The notes under the pieces: generated by a model | What the model saw: only the letters and a program-made list of their open reading frames with translations | The model's database searches: none | What the model was told of the DNA's origin: nothing | In this document: positions 60,327 through 63,334 of the stretch, in pieces | Numbering within the stretch: position 1 is the stretch's first letter | Layout: each line of letters starts with the position of its first letter | From: Candidatus Kaiserbacteria bacterium | GTDB taxonomy: Bacteria > Patescibacteriota > Minisyncoccia > Phycocordibacterales > Phycocordibacteraceae | DNA length: 63,334 bases | Assembly: GCA_963813065.1 (NCBI GenBank) | Contig: CAWEXP010000002.1 | Coordinates: 1 to 63,334 of the forward strand | Direction: 5' to 3' | Translations under genes and position numbers: made by a program

Positions 60327-61900
60327 TTATTCGAGCGCGAGCGCCGCGTCGCTCTTAAGTGCGGCCACGAGCGCATTAAGCTCTCGAGTAGAGGAACGGT
60401 CTTCGATAAGTACCGGCACGATGGCCCGCACGTGCTGATACAGCATATGCGAATCATCGGAAGAAGACGATCTTCAACCTTCTTGATATCGACCGCCTGC
60501 GCGAGCGCAATGAGCTCGATGGCGAGGACAATGAAGGCGTTCTTCATAACGGTGCTCGCGATGAGTGCCGCATCGGTGCCCATCGACACGACATCCTGAT
60601 TATCGCCATTGGTAGAAATCGAGTGGAGCGAATGCGGATACGCGAGCGACTGACTGTGCGCGGTTGTCGAGGTCGCCACGAACTGCATGCCCTGGAGCGC
60701 GAGCGTGAGGCCCGGCTGATTCATATTCAAGAACGGTGGGAATTCCTGATTCACGTTCTTGTTGAGGAAAAAATTACTGCGGCGCTCTGAGAGAATGGTC
60801 GTCTTCACCATCGCCATCTTGAGATGATCAGCGGCGACCGCCATATACTCGCCATGGAAATTGCCACCGTGCAGAAACATTTTGCCTTCGAGATCGACGA
60901 TGGGATTGTCGGTCACAGAAATCAAGCTCCGTGGTGATGTCGTCTGCGGCATTCCGGACCGCATCGAACACCGGCCCGAGAATCTCCGGATGCAACGGAA
61001 CGAGTAGACCTCCTGAATGTGTTCCGGGGTGACATCGTCGCAGACGTCACATCAACACGCGACTGGAGCTCGCTCCAATCGGTCATGAGCTTGGAGGTTT
61101 TGAAAATGTTGCGCAGGAGGCGGCAACCGCCTTCTGACCAGGATGTGGCCGGACAGCATGGAGCGGCTCCGAGTAGGCATCGCTTAAGCCGTTCATGAGC
61201 TCGACCGCGAGCGCACCCGAGCGCACCGCGAGCGCGAGCAATTGTTCGGCATCGCGCACGAGCAGTGCATTGATGCCGGTCATCACTGCGGTGCCGTTAA
61301 TCAGTGCGAGACCCTCTTTCGGTTCAAGAACTCTTGGTTTGATGGAGAGCTCGGCGAGTACCTCTTCCGTTGGTCGACGTACGCCCTGATAGAAGACTTC
61401 GCCTTCGCCAATCAGTGCGAGTGCGATATGCGCGAGCTCGACCAGGTCGCCACTTCGTCCCCACCGCACCATGCTCAGGTATGATCGGGATAATGCGTCG
61501 ATTAATGAACGTGGCGAGCAGAGTCGTGAGTTCCTCCGAGACACCGGAGTTCCCCTTCAAGAAGGTGTTAGGCGACAGAGCGTCGCCGCGAGTAGGACTG
61601 CGGATAATCGGGTCTCCGGCACCAGTCGCGTGGCTCCGCACAAGATTCCGCTGGAGAGCGGCGGAATCATCCTTGCCGATAATGTGAGAGGCCATGGGCC
61701 CAAACCCAGTCGTGATGCCGTAAATCACCTTGCCGGACGCTTCAGCATCGACGAATGCTTTGCTCGCGCGCACGTTCTGGAGTGATTCTTCGGCTAGCTC
61801 GACCTGCATCGACGCATCGTTGACGAATGCATACACGTGGGCCGGGTAAGAGATGCCCGTCTAACTTCAGAGATTCTCCCCTACCGGATTCAGTGTTCAT
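60327..61900 (-). CDS. MIO-dependent aromatic amino acid ammonia-lyase (HAL/PAL/TAL family; several frameshifts)
   Basis: IYGITTGFG, NLVRSHATGAG, G-T-S-G-D-L (MIO motif across a frameshift), KEGLALINGT, YSFRC, DNPIV, GGNFHG, NQDVVSMG. Confidence 0.88.
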
Positions 61901-61966
61901 ACAATGTGTCGAAAATTACTAGTACTACCTCATTGTAGCATGCAGGATGAACTCTGAATGAAGGAC

Positions 61967-63130
61967 TTATTGTCCGCCCACCTTCGAGATTTGTGCGAGG
62001 ACTTGCGCGAGCTCTGCTTCCAGCGACTGCGCCTCGCTCTGGAGCTGGGCCAGTGTCATGGTCGAAAGTGTGCTGGCAGAAACGGTCGGTGTCGCGGTGG
62101 TATTCGTGAGCTGGTTCAGTGCCGAACGCGTCGTGGGGCCGACGACGCCGAGTTGGGACAAGCCGTGCGCCGCCTGAAACTTGATCACCGCCGCCTTGGT
62201 CGAGGGGCCGAAATAGCCGTTTGGGGTGACCGTGAGGTATCCCTGTTGGGCAAGGACCTGTTGGAGCGCTTTGACCTGCGCATCTTCTGAGCCAGGTTTC
62301 AAGTACTCGGTGAAGGTCGCCGCAGGAGCGCTTACGACGGGCGTCGGCACAATGGTTGGTGTTGGCGTCGGTGTTACAACGGGTGTCGGAGTCAGGCTGG
62401 TACTCGTCCCACCATTGATACTGATGGTGAGAACGGTGCAACCGCCGCCCGAGGAGCAAACATTGACCGAGGTCGCGCCGGTCGCGATGCCGTAGACGGT
62501 CAGGGTGCTATTGCTGATGGTCTCCTGCGCGACGGCAGTGTTGCCGCCGGTGATGAAGTAGGGCGGCGTACCGCCATTAATAGCAATGTTGGTGTTCTGC
62601 CCCGAGAGGAGCGAGAGCGAATTCTGGCCGAGGCTGATGTTGGTGCCCGTGGCGACCGTATTCACGGTCACGGTGAGCGAATTGCAGGTGCCGGTCGACG
62701 CACAGACCGAGACCGTCGAAGAACCGGAGGTGATACCGGTCAAAGTCAGCACCGCACCCGAGAGATTCGCCTGCACGACGCTCGGGTTGGAATTACTCGA
62801 GACATAGAAGGTGGTGCCAGACGGACCGTAGATATTGACCGTCGTATTCTGCCCCATTCCGACAACGGGCGCCGCGGTGCTGAAGGTGAGGGAGACCGAG
62901 CTCGCCGAGCCCGCGGTCGCGACGACGACACCGCAGGCGGCGTTATCGGTCGAACAGATGGTGATGGTCGATGAACCAATCGAGGCGCCGGTCGAAGAGG
63001 GTCAGGACCGAGCTGTTGATGCTCGCCTGGATCACGCTCGCGTTCGAATTATTCACGATCGTGAATGAGCCATTGCCACCGCTCATCGTGATTGGCAAGT
63101 TCTGCCCCGTGACCACCGAGGCCGTGGTAT
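61967..63130 (-). CDS. Surface protein with repeated Ig-like modules and a peptidoglycan-binding domain (5' end missing, frameshifted)
   Basis: LKPGSEDAQVKALQQVL..GYL...GYFGPST..AV..FQ...G.VGP.TR (PG_binding_1); Thr/Ser-rich repeats and a PT linker. Confidence 0.75.
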
Positions 63131-63334
63131 ATATAATTAAGAATCTGGAAGTTTTTGTGTGTCTGGGTTTAGGGTTTGATTGATTTATTCGATAGTTTGC
63201 TGCTGAATCCAATCAGAGAGTATGATGGTATTCATAAAGTCTTCTACTTTTGTCTTTTGGAATGTAGCCAAAATCAGCTAATTTCTTGTTTGTGGATGAT
63301 CACCACCCACCTACCTCACAAATTTGTTTTTCAT

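Overview
A 63 kb segment of a small-genome bacterium, most likely Patescibacteria/CPR (Parcubacteria-like). This is an inference from the gene set and style: short prfB, cfa, tRNA-Ile(UAU), tRNA-flanking homing endonucleases and many genes without a Shine-Dalgarno site. Genetic code 11 (TGA is used as stop). The housekeeping backbone is htpX, lemA, recG, ftsH, smpB/ssrA, cfa, typA, purN, guaB, pyrG, ftsEX, prfB and glmS, with seven full-length tRNA genes (Ser-GGA, Ile-TAT, Gln-CTG, Thr-CGT, intron-containing Thr-GGT, Asp-GTC, Met-CAT). Notable accessory content: (i) an apparent ancestral tRNA-Asp split at its anticodon by a ~0.8 kb cassette carrying a LAGLIDADG endonuclease plus a replacement tRNA-Asp, one of three endonuclease genes sitting directly 5' of a tRNA; (ii) a 177-nt group I intron in tRNA-Thr(GGT); (iii) a ~10.8 kb co-oriented cluster joining a complete NAD+ salvage route, an ADP-ribosylglycohydrolase and a Nudix enzyme to a PP2C/kinase/vWA (TerY-P-like) triad, with repeated structured leaders; (iv) a coupled operon of MIO ammonia-lyase, ThiF-like enzyme, acyl-CoA ligase, nitroreductase, 7TM histidine kinase and methyltransferase that looks like a make-and-sense signalling system; (v) DUF3800 with an overlapping structured RNA; (vi) a 1.37 kb integrase-less islet at tRNA-Gln; (vii) a DUF3494 ice-binding LPxTG protein with an adjacent class F sortase, and an outer-membrane beta-barrel-like protein. 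Caveats: many genes, including essential ones (pyrG, glmS, ftsX), carry small frameshifts, so indel sequencing errors are likely and pseudogene calls are unsafe. The last ~200 bp look like foreign (chimeric) DNA. All protein assignments come from motif recognition by eye, not database searches.
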